Origin: Prasinococcaceae sp. CCMP 1430 | Taxonomy: Eukaryota; Plantae; Prasinodermophyta | DNA length: 64,000 nt | Direction of reading: 5' to 3' | NCBI GenBank assembly: GCA_013416795.1 | Contig: RQSC01000152.1 | Location: 24,235-88,234 of the forward strand | Shown here: piece by piece, positions 43,184-53,416 of the stretch | Layout of the letters: each line of letters starts with the position of its first letter | How positions within the stretch are numbered: position 1 is the stretch's first letter | Position numbers and translations under genes: made by a program | Notes under the pieces: model-generated | Databases searched by the model: none | Told to the model about the DNA's origin: nothing | What the model saw: the letters and a program-made list of their open reading frames with translations, nothing else

Positions 43184-44384
43184 CTACTTCTCGAAGTGCG
43201 GGCGAATGGCGGCCTTGATCTGCTCGAGCGTGAGGAACATGGCAACGTTCCAGGAGCCCAGGCGCGCGAAGTTGGGGCCGAAGCCCTTGTAGAAAGCCAT
43301 CGGACCGTCCGTGCTGAGCGTCTTCATGAAGCAGTCCAGAGTGCCCTTGTACATGCCCTGCGTGTCGCCCATGACGCGCGATTTCACCACGTCCACCGGT
43401 GAGCCCACGCAGCACGCCACGAAGCCTGCGCCGAGGCCAGAGGCAATGTGGCACTTCACGTCGTCCTGGAAGAGGCCCGAGCCAATGAGGATCTCCTTGA
43501 TCTGGTCGTACGAGGCGAGCTCGGCGGCGTTGATGACGGCGTTGCGCGTCATGTTGGCGCCAACGCCACCCCAGAGCGCCAGGACGCCCTCCTCCCGCAC
43601 GATCTGGCCGTACGCCGCGAGCGCCCCGTTCGTGTACTTGATGGGCACGCCCGGGCGGCCCTGCGCCTGCAGGCGCACCTTGACGAAGTCCGTCGGGTTA
43701 GCGATGGCGATGCCGACGGCGCCGGTCGTGAGGCCTGCCGCGATCTTCAAGTGCAGCGGCACCTCGCCGACGTGGTCCTTACCCACGTAGAACTCCTTCA
43801 CAGGGTCGTACAGGCCGATACGCAGGCCGCCGAACAGGCACTGGCGGTGCACACCAGGCACGATGCCCTGCAGCGGCGGCGGGGAGGCGGACAAGCGGTC
43901 GCGCGCGCCGTCAGTGCCACGCCAAAGCAGCTTGGGGGGTTCTGCGACAGACGCGGGGAGCCGCGCGGGGGCGAGGCTTCCCGCGATCGGTGAGCGGCGC
44001 AGCGCGGGTGGATGCGCAGCTCAAGCGACGGGGTTTGGGATCGATGGCGCGAGCGCGCTTCGCCTCCGCACATGGCGTCTGGCGCACGACGCGCCCCGAG
44101 CGTCGTCGGTCGGTCGGCGCTCGCGCCAGCGTTGCGTACGGCGCGCCGCGCACCTTCCACAGCGCGCCCATCCCCTCCTCCTTGGCGACGGTGGCGCATG
44201 TACCAAGCAGGCCGTTGTACTTGAGCTTCTTACCCGCCTCGGCCGCTCCCTGGAGCTGCAGGCGCACTTTGGCCGTGTCGAGCGGCAGCGTGAGCCCCTC
44301 GGCGAACGACGCCGAGACGGCCGACGACGCAAACGTCGCCCACACTGGCAGCGACGGCGCGTTGGTCGCACCGCCGCCGGCCAT
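43184..44384 (-). CDS. UCP1: mitochondrial uncoupling protein (plant UCP/PUMP, SLC25); intron 43868-44153
   Basis: Three Px[DE]xxKxR carrier motifs (PLDTAKVRLQ, PTDFVKVRLQ, PVDVVKSR); HRQCLFGGLRIGLY; NAAELASYDQIK; RLGSWNVAMF. Confidence 0.93.
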
Positions 44385-44838
44385 GGCGGGCGCGCGGGCG
44401 CACCTCCGCGCCCCCGCGCGCGCCTGCTCCCCCCTCCCTTCCCCCCTGGCTCCCCCGCGCCGCGCGCCCTCGCGCGGATAAAACTCGCTCGCTGGCACCC
44501 AGACGCCCAAATCCGCCGCGGGGCGCCCCACCAGAGCCCTTTTCACACGGGGCGTCCCGGGCGGCCGCGCCGAAATGCGCGGCCTGGCGCGGATTGGGAT
44601 TCGCGCCGCGCCGCGCCCCGAGCGCGCGCGCGCTCGCCCCGCGCGCGCGCCGCGCGCACCTCGCTGCGATCTGATCTGATCTGATCCTGATCTGATGTCA
44701 CGCCGACCGGCCCCGCAGCGGCGGCGCGCGATACCAGCGCAATTTTTGCACCCCGGGGGCCCGCGTGAGCATGATGTTTGGGTTATGGTTAGGGTAGGGT
44801 ACGAAGGAGCGCGTTCGTGGCGGCGGGCCCCGCCCCTA

Positions 44839-47733
44839 CTACGCGCCGCCCCTGGGGTCGTCGTTGACGTTGGCGTTGCACAGCGTGTCCTCGCACACGA
44901 TGAGCTGCTGGATGAGGGTGGCCACCTCCGCATTGCCGCCGAGCGCCTTCGAGACGCGCACGCACGCGTCGTCCTCGTCATCACCCGCGCGCAAGCCATC
45001 CATGATGTGGTACGCCTCGAGGAAGTTCTGCGTGGTCACAGTGTCCTCGAGGTACAGCCGCAGTGCCTCGGCGCGCGTCGAGACAGTGTCGTCATCTGAA
45101 ACGTTCGGGAGCACCACCTCAGCCTCGCCAAGGATGAACTTGGGAAAGGGTGGCGTCCAGGGCTCAGAGCCATCCACGTCGTCGTCGTCGTCGGGCAGGC
45201 CCCTGCCGTACTCCGGGCAACGCGCGCCGAGCACCGCGGCGCGCATCTCGGCAAGCACAGCCTCGCGCTCGGCGCTGTCGAGGTCAGCAGCTGCTTCCGC
45301 CTCGGCCCGAGCAGCGCTCACTGCCCTGGCCGCAGCCTCTTCACCTGTCTCGCAGCCATCATCCTGAGCACCGCCCTCGCCAGCGTCGACCCCGCCCATC
45401 ACCTCGCCCTCGCCCGCGTCCACCGCCCGCTGCGGCTTGAGCTGGTAGGCCGCCCCGCCTTCGCTGCTCGTTGCGGCGTCGCGTATACCCTCCTGGCCAA
45501 TGGCACGGGCGGCGTCATCTGCATCGCTCTCCTGGTTGCAGCTCCACCTACAGAGATCGGCGTGCACATTGCACCTATTGCGTCGCGCGGCTGCGCGCGC
45601 CTCACCGAGGTCGGCGCGCATCGCCGCAGCCAGTTCGGCCTTCCGCGCCTCGGCTGCGGCCTCGCGATCGCGTTCGCGACGAACCCGCACCTCGTCGGGC
45701 GATTCTCCGTCGCTATTGCTGCCCTGCTCAACGCGTTGCGCCCCGTGCTGCATCGCCTCAGCAGCGTGCAGCGCCACAGAGCTCCCCACCGCAGCATTTG
45801 TGCCTACATTGGCCTCGATCTCTGTAGGTTGGCCCGAGAGGTCGCGCTGGCAAGCGGCACGGTTGCGTGCTGCCGCCGAGCGAATGTCCTCGTACGCGGC
45901 GCGGCGTTCGGCGGCGGTGGGTGCCGCCGCTGCGATCGCGATCACCGGTGGTCCCGTCTGTACGCTGCTCCCAACACACACACGTTTGCCCGCACCAGCT
46001 TGGAGTGTCCGCGCGGTCGGCGCCGCATGCGCCGCAGCCATCTTGGAAGCTGCAGGGGTACCTGCACCACGCATTGGCGCGGCAAAGATCTGTACCTCAG
46101 CGGGGCGGACGGCGCCTTCGGCGTTGGCCGCGGCGTTTCGCCGACGCCCTGCTACCATCATCTCGCGCCGCGCCTCGGCCAAAGCCTGGGCCTTCGCCTC
46201 CCTCGCGGCAGCTGCAGCTGCGCGACGCTCCGCGGACTTTTGCGCGAGCATTCGGTGGCGCGATGCGCGCTCGGCACGCAGGCGCGCGTCTTCGGCCTCG
46301 CGGTTGCGCTGCGCTGCCTCGGCGCGCATGCGCTCCTCGGTACGGCGCTGCAACGCTGCCAGAGCCTCTGAGTAGCGACTCTCCTTGTCACACTCCCGTT
46401 CGCGCTTGCGCCTGGCCGCGACGGCCACAGCGTTGGGTGCCTTGGTGATAACACCACCACCGGCGTGTGCGTCGGTCGGGGTGCCCGCCTGCCTGCTTCC
46501 TGCACTGCTGGGCCTCGCAATGCCGCCGCCGCCGGGCAGTGCGATGGCCTTCGCCGCGGCGGCAGCCGACAGAACGCGAGCTTCCGGCGGTAGCGGCGGC
46601 TTGCGCTGCGCGCTGTTCGTGCGAACGGACTCTGGCGAAGCCGTAGCCACACAGGCGGCAGACCTAACGTCCAACGGCGAGCGCTTGCCCTCAAGCGCCT
46701 GCGCGCCCGCTTCCGCCTGGGCGCCTTCAATCTCTCCTGGCGACAGGAACTTAGCCACGCGTCTCTGCACGATGGGCCTCTCCAGGATCCTGTTGATTCC
46801 CGGGCGTTTGCTAGGGTCCTTCTGCAGCATCGCCGTAACGAGGTCGCGCATGCCCTTCGAGTAGCGCGTGGCGGGTACGGGCGTGTAGATGCCGCGCACA
46901 ATCTTGAGCACTAGAAGCTTGAGCGAAGCAGCGTCGAACGCGTGCCTGAAGGTGGTGAGCTCATACAGCACACAGCCAAGCGACCACACGTCGCTCTTGG
47001 CGTTGTAGGGGCGGTTCTCGCAAATCTCTGGCGAGAGATAGTAGGGCGTGCCAACCTGCGTGTGCGCCATCTGGTGCGTGCCATTCAGGACGCGCGAGAC
47101 CCCGAAGTCCCCCAGCTTGATGACCCCCGCCGCAGTAAGAAACAGGTTCTGCGTCTTGCTGCGGGGCGAGTGGCGGGCGGGCCGTGGGGGCAGCGGTGCA
47201 GGGTGCTTTGGGGTCAGCTGCACAACAAAAGATGCATGGCTCTGAGCACGTCTTGGAGAAGCGCCTGAATGTCACGCACATGTCACGGTGCAGTATCTTC
47301 CTGTCGTGGAGGTGCTTGAGCGCAAGGCATATCTGCACCAGCCAGTCGAGCACGTCGTCCTCGGAGAGCGGCATGCCCTTGGCCTTGAGGCGGTTGAGCC
47401 TGTCGTGCAGGTCGCCTCCCTGGCAATAATCCATGACGATGCACAACGTCGAGCCGCGCATGAACGATCCATGGCAGCGTACGATGTTGGGATGGTGCAG
47501 CGAGCCGAGCACTTCGGCCTCCTTCTTCGCCTCGGCGCGCTCCTTGGCGCTCAGGCGCGCTAGCTCGATCTCCTTGATGACGCGCTGCATGCCACTCGCG
47601 GCGTCGCGGACGAGAACCGCGCGGCCAAAGCTGCCCGTGCCGAGGACTTTCACGTTGGTGAACTGGCTTGCCTTGTGCGCGCCGCGGTCGCCCCCTCCGC
47701 GCCCGCCTCGCGCACACTCACGGCGCCACTCAT
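44839..47733 (-). CDS. NEK: NIMA-related kinase (NEK1-like) with long coiled-coil tail; exons 47733-47722, 47662-47280, 47158-44839
   Basis: VLGTGSFG, VIKEI, HRD-I|KTQNLFL (splice gacAT|gtgcgt...cag|Caag), DFGVSRVL, GTPYYLSPE, YNAKSDVWSLG; NEK-type C-terminal domain RAEALRLYLE...FLEAY. Confidence 0.92.
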
Positions 47734-48001
47734 CGCTCGCACGCGGCGCTGCTGCGCCGCGAGCGGGCGCGCCGCCAAGGGGCGCGCTGCCGGACCGCGC
47801 CCCTTGGCGCGAGCCCCACTTTTCAACGCCGCGAAGTTGATTCGATCAATATAAAACAATATACGCGTTCCCAATTTCGTCTGCAACTTCCGTTCAGTCG
47901 CGACCGCGCTGCGAGCCGCGGGGGGGCGTTTGACTGCACGTCTGCGCCACCAAAGGGCTCAAAATCAATGCGGAGGCACCAAGACCAAAAACGGACGCCA
48001 G

Positions 48002-48072
48002 TTAGGGTTGAAATTAGGGGACTAAGGAGCCAACGTTCTCATTAGGGTTAGTATCTTGATTTCAGAACCCTA
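48002..48072. promoter_or_regulatory. cluster of telo-box-like TTAGGG/AACCCTA motifs in the divergent NEK-APRT promoter
   Basis: TTAGGGTT at 48002, TTAGGGG at ~48014, TTAGGGTTA at 48042 and AACCCTA at 48066, in an AT-richer intergenic stretch. Confidence 0.5.
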
Positions 48073-48327
48073 CAGTAATTATTGGCCCCTAACGGCGCCT
48101 GCGCGGACCGCCGCGGCGGCATCGGTGGCGAGCATCCGTGGCCCGAGGCGGGGCGGAAAGGGAGGGGGGGGTCATGCATGAGGGGGTTACGATGGGTGTG
48201 GGGTTGGAGAGGCGAAGGGAGCGATGAGGACTACGACTAGCTCCTAGTTTGAGGCGCGGCTGTGCCCGCCCGCGCAACGCCCCGCGCAGGAGCGTCCTGC
48301 GCCGCTAGGAGGGCGCCCGGCGCCGCG

Positions 48328-49397
48328 ATGGAGTCCGACGCGTGGCCCGCGCAGAAGCAGCTCGGCGCGCAGCACTACTGCCTCGACCAGGCCGATTCGC
48401 GCGTGCAGCGCGTCGCTGCGCACCTGCCATGGTACGGCCCGACGCACTCGCCCCACGACGTGCCGCGCTTCTACGACATCTCGGGCATCACCGAGGACTG
48501 CGAGACCTTCCAGCTGGTGATCGACCTCTTCGTGCGCAGGTACCGCGCTATGGGGGCGGACGGCCCCACGCACGTGGCGGGCTTCGACGCGCGCGGCTTC
48601 GTCTTCGGCCCGCCCATCGCCCTCGCTCTCGGCATACCCTTCGTCATGATTCGCAAGAAGGGCAAGCTGCCGGGCGTGCTCGTCTCGAGCGGCAAGTACA
48701 AGGTGCGCGAGCGCGCGCACCCGTGCGCGCCCAAGTGCGCTCGACAGCCGCGATAACGCGATAACGCGATGGGGATGGGGGTTGGGCGCTGACGACCGGC
48801 GTTCTGCCCACGCTCTGCGCACCTGCATGCTCACCCGACCGCGACCGCGTTCGTCTCCCCCGATAGACCGAGTATTCCACGGACGAGACTGTGATGCGCC
48901 TCGGGGCCGTCGGTGCCGGTGACCGCGTGCTACTCATCGATGACCTGATCGCCACCGGTGGCACTGCGCTTGCTGGCTTTGACCTCGTCGACGCGTTGGG
49001 CGCCAGCGTTTGCGAATTTGCGGCCATGGTGCAGATCCCCTTCCTCGACGGCGTGGGCAAGATACACGCGTACAGGGACGGAAAATTTAAGGTGAGGGCG
49101 TGCGGGGACGCGCGACAGGACCGATTGCACGGGTCCGAGTGCGCGCGCGTCTGCGCGCGCATGAGCTCGTGAGTGCGCGTGCTGACACGCGTGGGCATTT
49201 CGCTGGTTGTCTCCATGTCGTGCACACCCACTCACGCACGCGCGCGCGCTTCCCAGGATGTGCCCGTGTTCACTATGGTTGACGACACCACCATTGGTGA
49301 CAAGGAAGACGCAACACCCCCAGAAGGGACGCCGCGCGTTGTGGAGGCGTCCAAGGCCGCCGAGGTTGCTGCCCAGCTCGCCGCCGCGAAAAAGTGA
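48328..49397 (+). CDS. APT: adenine phosphoribosyltransferase, long form; introns 48703-48866 and 49092-49256
   Basis: GFDARGFVFG, IRKKGKLPG and the PRPP-binding VLLIDDLIATGGT. Canonical in-phase junctions. Confidence 0.93.
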
Positions 49398-49695
49398 GCG
49401 TGCTCATCCGCGTGCACTCATAACCCCGTCGCATTTCTCACATCGCAACCCTGCGCGAAGCGAAGGGTGTCCCTCGCTCGGAGCGTTTTCTGCGGAGTGA
49501 ATCGACTTCTTACCCTGCGGAGCACGGGACACGGGCCACTAGCTTGCGCGCGTCCTGGCGCGCGACGGCAAGGTCTTGCCCTTGTTAGAGCGCTGCATCC
49601 GGCTGCCGCGCGAGCTCTTGCTCGTGCCCTCGCCATCCCGATCACTCTTTTGGGGCGACGTACGAGCCAGCTGGCGGGAAAGTCGACGCTGCCAC

Positions 49696-52158
49696 TCAGT
49701 GCGGGCTCGTGCTGTTGTCAGAGTTCTCCGCACGCGCGCGTAGCGCGCGATCGGCGCGCGCCTTGACCTCGCTGCGGTCCGGCACGTCGAGCGCCTCGAC
49801 TTCGGCCGCGTTCATGAAGCCTCTTCCTCCATTCACGTCCCTCTTCGCGCCCCGAAAGGCACCGCCACCACCGCCACTGCCACCAGCGTCCTCACCATCG
49901 CTACCAAGCAAAAGATTGCCATGCAGTCGTGCAAAGGCGTGGCGCGCAGAGGCCTGGCCCGCGTTGATCCCCTGAAATGACCCATCCGGCAGGCGCAGCG
50001 TCTCGGCGAGCTGCCCAGCCAGTGCTCCAGCGCCAATGCTCTCGCGCAGCTCACGAGCGCCGGCCTTATTACCCACACTGTCGGCGAGTTTGTCCATTAG
50101 TCGGTCCAATGACGACGACAGCTCGGCGAGGAGGCGGCTCGAAGCATTAAATACTCGCGGCAGGTCGGCGCCGGCGTTGTTGCCAGCAAGGTCACCCGCA
50201 CCCGTGTCGGAGCCGGCAGCGTCGGTGGCATCCTCATCCTTGGCCTTGTCACCACCGCGCCCCTTACGGCTGTGGCTGGGCCAGCGAGGGCGAGGTTTGC
50301 CCGTGTTGCCGCGATCGACAGAGCCAACGCCCGACGAGACAACACCCGCATTGCCATCGCGCCCGACGCTTTCATCGCCGCCGCCGTCCTCTCGATGCAC
50401 CGACAGCATCGCCTCCTCGTCGCCCAAGTCGTCATTCGCACCACCGCCATCACCACTGCCGCCTCTGAGCCCGGCGCTGCTGCCCTTGCCGCGACTCGCA
50501 CGGCCGCTGGCGGCGCGAAGCGCACTCGAGAGACCGCCCGAAAGCTGTCCCAGCCCGTGACGCAGAATCTCCATGTGTGACACGATGCCCACATAGCGCG
50601 CGCGGGCTGCCTCGATGCGCTTCCTCGCGAGCTCGATCTTGCGGTCCCACTCGTCGATAGCGCGCCGCTCCTGCCACGATCGGAAGCCAGCCACTTTGCC
50701 ACCGTTGAGCATCTCCGTATAGTGTTTGAGCTCCTGCTGTTTTATTCGAATGGTGTCCTCGGCCTCCAAGGTCCGCCTGCGCGCGGTCTCCTCGGAGTTA
50801 TTCAGCCCCTTGAAGTGAGTAATGATAGCCTCCACCGCGTCGGCCTGCGTGCGCACGTGCGGGCACGCCAGCCGCTGCAGCTCACAAAACTTTGCGTCCA
50901 AGCGCTGCGCATTTGCGTCGGTGGCTGCTTGCAGTATGGCATTTGCCGCATTCTTGACCTTGCTCCGTCTTTCCTTGACCACCTGAGGTCTCCTCGAGCC
51001 CGCGAGCATCTCCTCGCGCTTGATCCTTTCCTTCTCCTCCTCAATTTTCCGCTTCTGCAAGCGCTTGATCTCTGCGCGGCGACCGGAGAGACGCAGGGCG
51101 AACTCTTTTCGCCCGGCCGCGACCTCCTCGCGCAGGACGCGCAGCGAGTCGGCGGCATTGTCAGCCGCCTTGTCGACGCCGCGGGCGTGGATCTCGAGCG
51201 ACGTGCTATCGTGGATGCAAGCATCGCGCTCTTCGCGCAGCTCTGCAACGCGAGCACTCGCATGCACGAGCCTCTTCTGCTCACGATTCAGCATCACGGT
51301 GTAGGTGCGCGCATCCACCAACGCCTCGCCATGTTTCTGCTCGACCACGGCCATGGAGTGGCCGGGCGGACGCTCGCCGCCAAAACCATCAAGCGACGCC
51401 TGCAGGGTGCCCTGCTCTTTGTAGAGCTCAAAAGCTGAGGCCATGTCCTTCAGCACGGAGCGCTCGATGTCGAAGAGCTGAGCCTCGCGCTCGAGGTCAG
51501 CGAAGCGACCCTCGAGGCGGCCGCGCGCCGTCACGGTAGCATTGTACTGCGCACGCAGGGCGTCAAGCTCGCCCTCAGCCCGCGCAAGGCGCGCCATGCG
51601 CCCGTCGCCATCAGCAGCGTCGCGGCGCGCCCTGTCCAGGGCCTTCCGGAGCGTTGAGCGCTCGCGCTTCGCCGCCGCAAGCTCCTGCGCAGCGGCGGCG
51701 GCCGCACCAGTAAACTCGGACGACGACGTGCCTCGCCCCCCCCCAGTGGTGCTCCCCGCACCTGCAGCGACGTTCAGGGTGCGCGCGGGCGGCGCGGCGC
51801 GATCGCTTCCCGTGTGTATCAATTCCGCAATGCTACCTCGATCCTCCTCGCCGCTGCCATTGCCGCCCGGCGCCTGCCTGATCGACGGGAGCAATGTGAC
51901 GTGTGTGCCTGCCTGCGTCCTTGCGCCCGCACCGCGGCCATCAGCGCCCACGCTCAAGGTTGCCTCATCAGCTGAGCCGAATCGTTCTTTTAGGTGGACG
52001 CCATGGTGCTTAGAAAGGATCGTCCGGAGTGCGGGCATGTCACTCGCGAGCTGATCGACGCGTTTGAGCTTGGGGAACTTGGGCACTGCCACCGACTTGT
52101 AGCCCCCAGAGCCATTGCTGGAGGCGCCGCCGTGGCGGGCAAGTGGTGAGCCGCCCAT
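49696..52158 (-). CDS. large coiled-coil protein, outer dynein arm docking complex-like (CCDC151/ODA10 or DC1/DC2 family)
   Basis: Extended heptads; segments EALVDARTYTVMLNRE and KFCELQRL...AVEAIITHFKGLNNSEET resemble ODA-DC family patterns. Family call is from memory only. Confidence 0.5.
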   Translation of the reverse strand: MGGSPLARHGGASSNGSGGYKSVAVPKFPKLKRVDQLASDMPALRTILSKHHGVHLKERFGSADEATLSVGADGRGAGARTQAGTHVTLLPSIRQAPGGNGSGEEDRGSIAELIHTGSDRAAPPARTLNVAAGAGSTTGGGRGTSSSEFTGAAAAAAQELAAAKRERSTLRKALDRARRDAADGDGRMARLARAEGELDALRAQYNATVTARGRLEGRFADLEREAQLFDIERSVLKDMASAFELYKEQGTLQASLDGFGGERPPGHSMAVVEQKHGEALVDARTYTVMLNREQKRLVHASARVAELREERDACIHDSTSLEIHARGVDKAADNAADSLRVLREEVAAGRKEFALRLSGRRAEIKRLQKRKIEEEKERIKREEMLAGSRRPQVVKERRSKVKNAANAILQAATDANAQRLDAKFCELQRLACPHVRTQADAVEAIITHFKGLNNSEETARRRTLEAEDTIRIKQQELKHYTEMLNGGKVAGFRSWQERRAIDEWDRKIELARKRIEAARARYVGIVSHMEILRHGLGQLSGGLSSALRAASGRASRGKGSSAGLRGGSGDGGGANDDLGDEEAMLSVHREDGGGDESVGRDGNAGVVSSGVGSVDRGNTGKPRPRWPSHSRKGRGGDKAKDEDATDAAGSDTGAGDLAGNNAGADLPRVFNASSRLLAELSSSLDRLMDKLADSVGNKAGARELRESIGAGALAGQLAETLRLPDGSFQGINAGQASARHAFARLHGNLLLGSDGEDAGGSGGGGGAFRGAKRDVNGGRGFMNAAEVEALDVPDRSEVKARADRALRARAENSDNSTSPH

Positions 52159-53416
52159 GCGCGGCTGCCTCCAGTCACCGCCGGCGGCCGCCAGCAGCCC
52201 CTGTCCACGCCGCGGCAGCACCACCCACCGTCCTCAGGCCTCCGCGTAGCCACGCCCACGCCGGCGCGGCAGCGGGCGCCGCCGCGGACACGAATTGGTC
52301 GCGCGCACGCGGGCGCGCACGTGTGGCATTCGGAACGGCGCGGCGTGCCCAAACCGGCGCGCGCTCCGGGTTCCCCCCCGCCCGATCCGTCGCGGCTGCG
52401 CTCGCCGGTGCACAGCGAAATGCCCGGGGCCAATGTCACATACCGGGTCTACGGCATGCATGAACGACCAATGCAAAAGTGGCCGAATAGGGTGTGCTGC
52501 CGGGAAAAACCCGGATTAGTGTCGGGTGCGGGCGCGTCCGCGCTCGCGCCCGCGCTGGACAGGCAGCGGCGCGCCGGCGCCAGGCGGCGCACCGGGCGGC
52601 GCGGCATGCATGGATGGGCTCTTACGATAGCTGTGGCCGCGCGCTCTTGCCGCAACCGCTGGTGCGCCGCGCAGCGCGGTGCGGCGGGGGCATCGCGCGC
52701 TCGTACCGCGGCGCGCCTCCTGCGCCGCGCAACGCCACTGTAGACTAGTGCCTACTGTACACATCCTGGGTGTCGACGTGGACGCATCAAGATCATCTCG
52801 CAACGAGACAGAGATCCCGCAAGATATGCACCACGGCCATGGGAAAGCGAAAGGTCCTCATGGGGCGCTCCGGATGCGTTTCGATATGGCAGCGTTCCCC
52901 CATGCCGCGCGCTTCCGCCCTCGCGCGCGCGGCATCCCCGGGAAGGAAAAAGAGGCACGCTCGCGCGCGTGGCGCGGCGCGGAGCGGAGAGGGGCGGGGA
53001 GGGGCGCCCGCCCTCGGCCCCGAGCACTCCGCCCTCCGCCCCAAGCGCTCTGCTGCACGCCCCCCGCGCTCGCGACGCCAGTCCCCGCGCGCGCAGCGTG
53101 CGCAGGCGGGGACGGCGGGGACCTATTCAAATTTACATCAGACCCCCGAACACAACACGTGTGTTAGGGCTCGCGTGCCGCGTGCACCGTGGGCAGCTGG
53201 GCCGGCACGCGCGTGCGCGCCCAGCCGGAGCACACCGGGCGGGAGTGCACCGGGAGACGGGCAGGCGCCCCGCCACGCCGGCCGTATCCTCGCGCCTTCG
53301 CGGCGCGCGCGTGCCAGCTCGCTCGCGGCCCGGGTCGACGCACGTGGGCGCAAGGGCAGCAGGGGGCCGCAGCGGCGGCGGCCGGCGGCCGCCGCCGCGG
53401 CGGCGGCAGGGCCGAG

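Noticed and set aside
44668-44697. (GATCT)n run, also (GATAT)n at ~5102-5117 and (CGCGTT/CGCGAG)n at ~33320-33395
   Set aside because: Short simple-sequence slippage repeats with no further structure.
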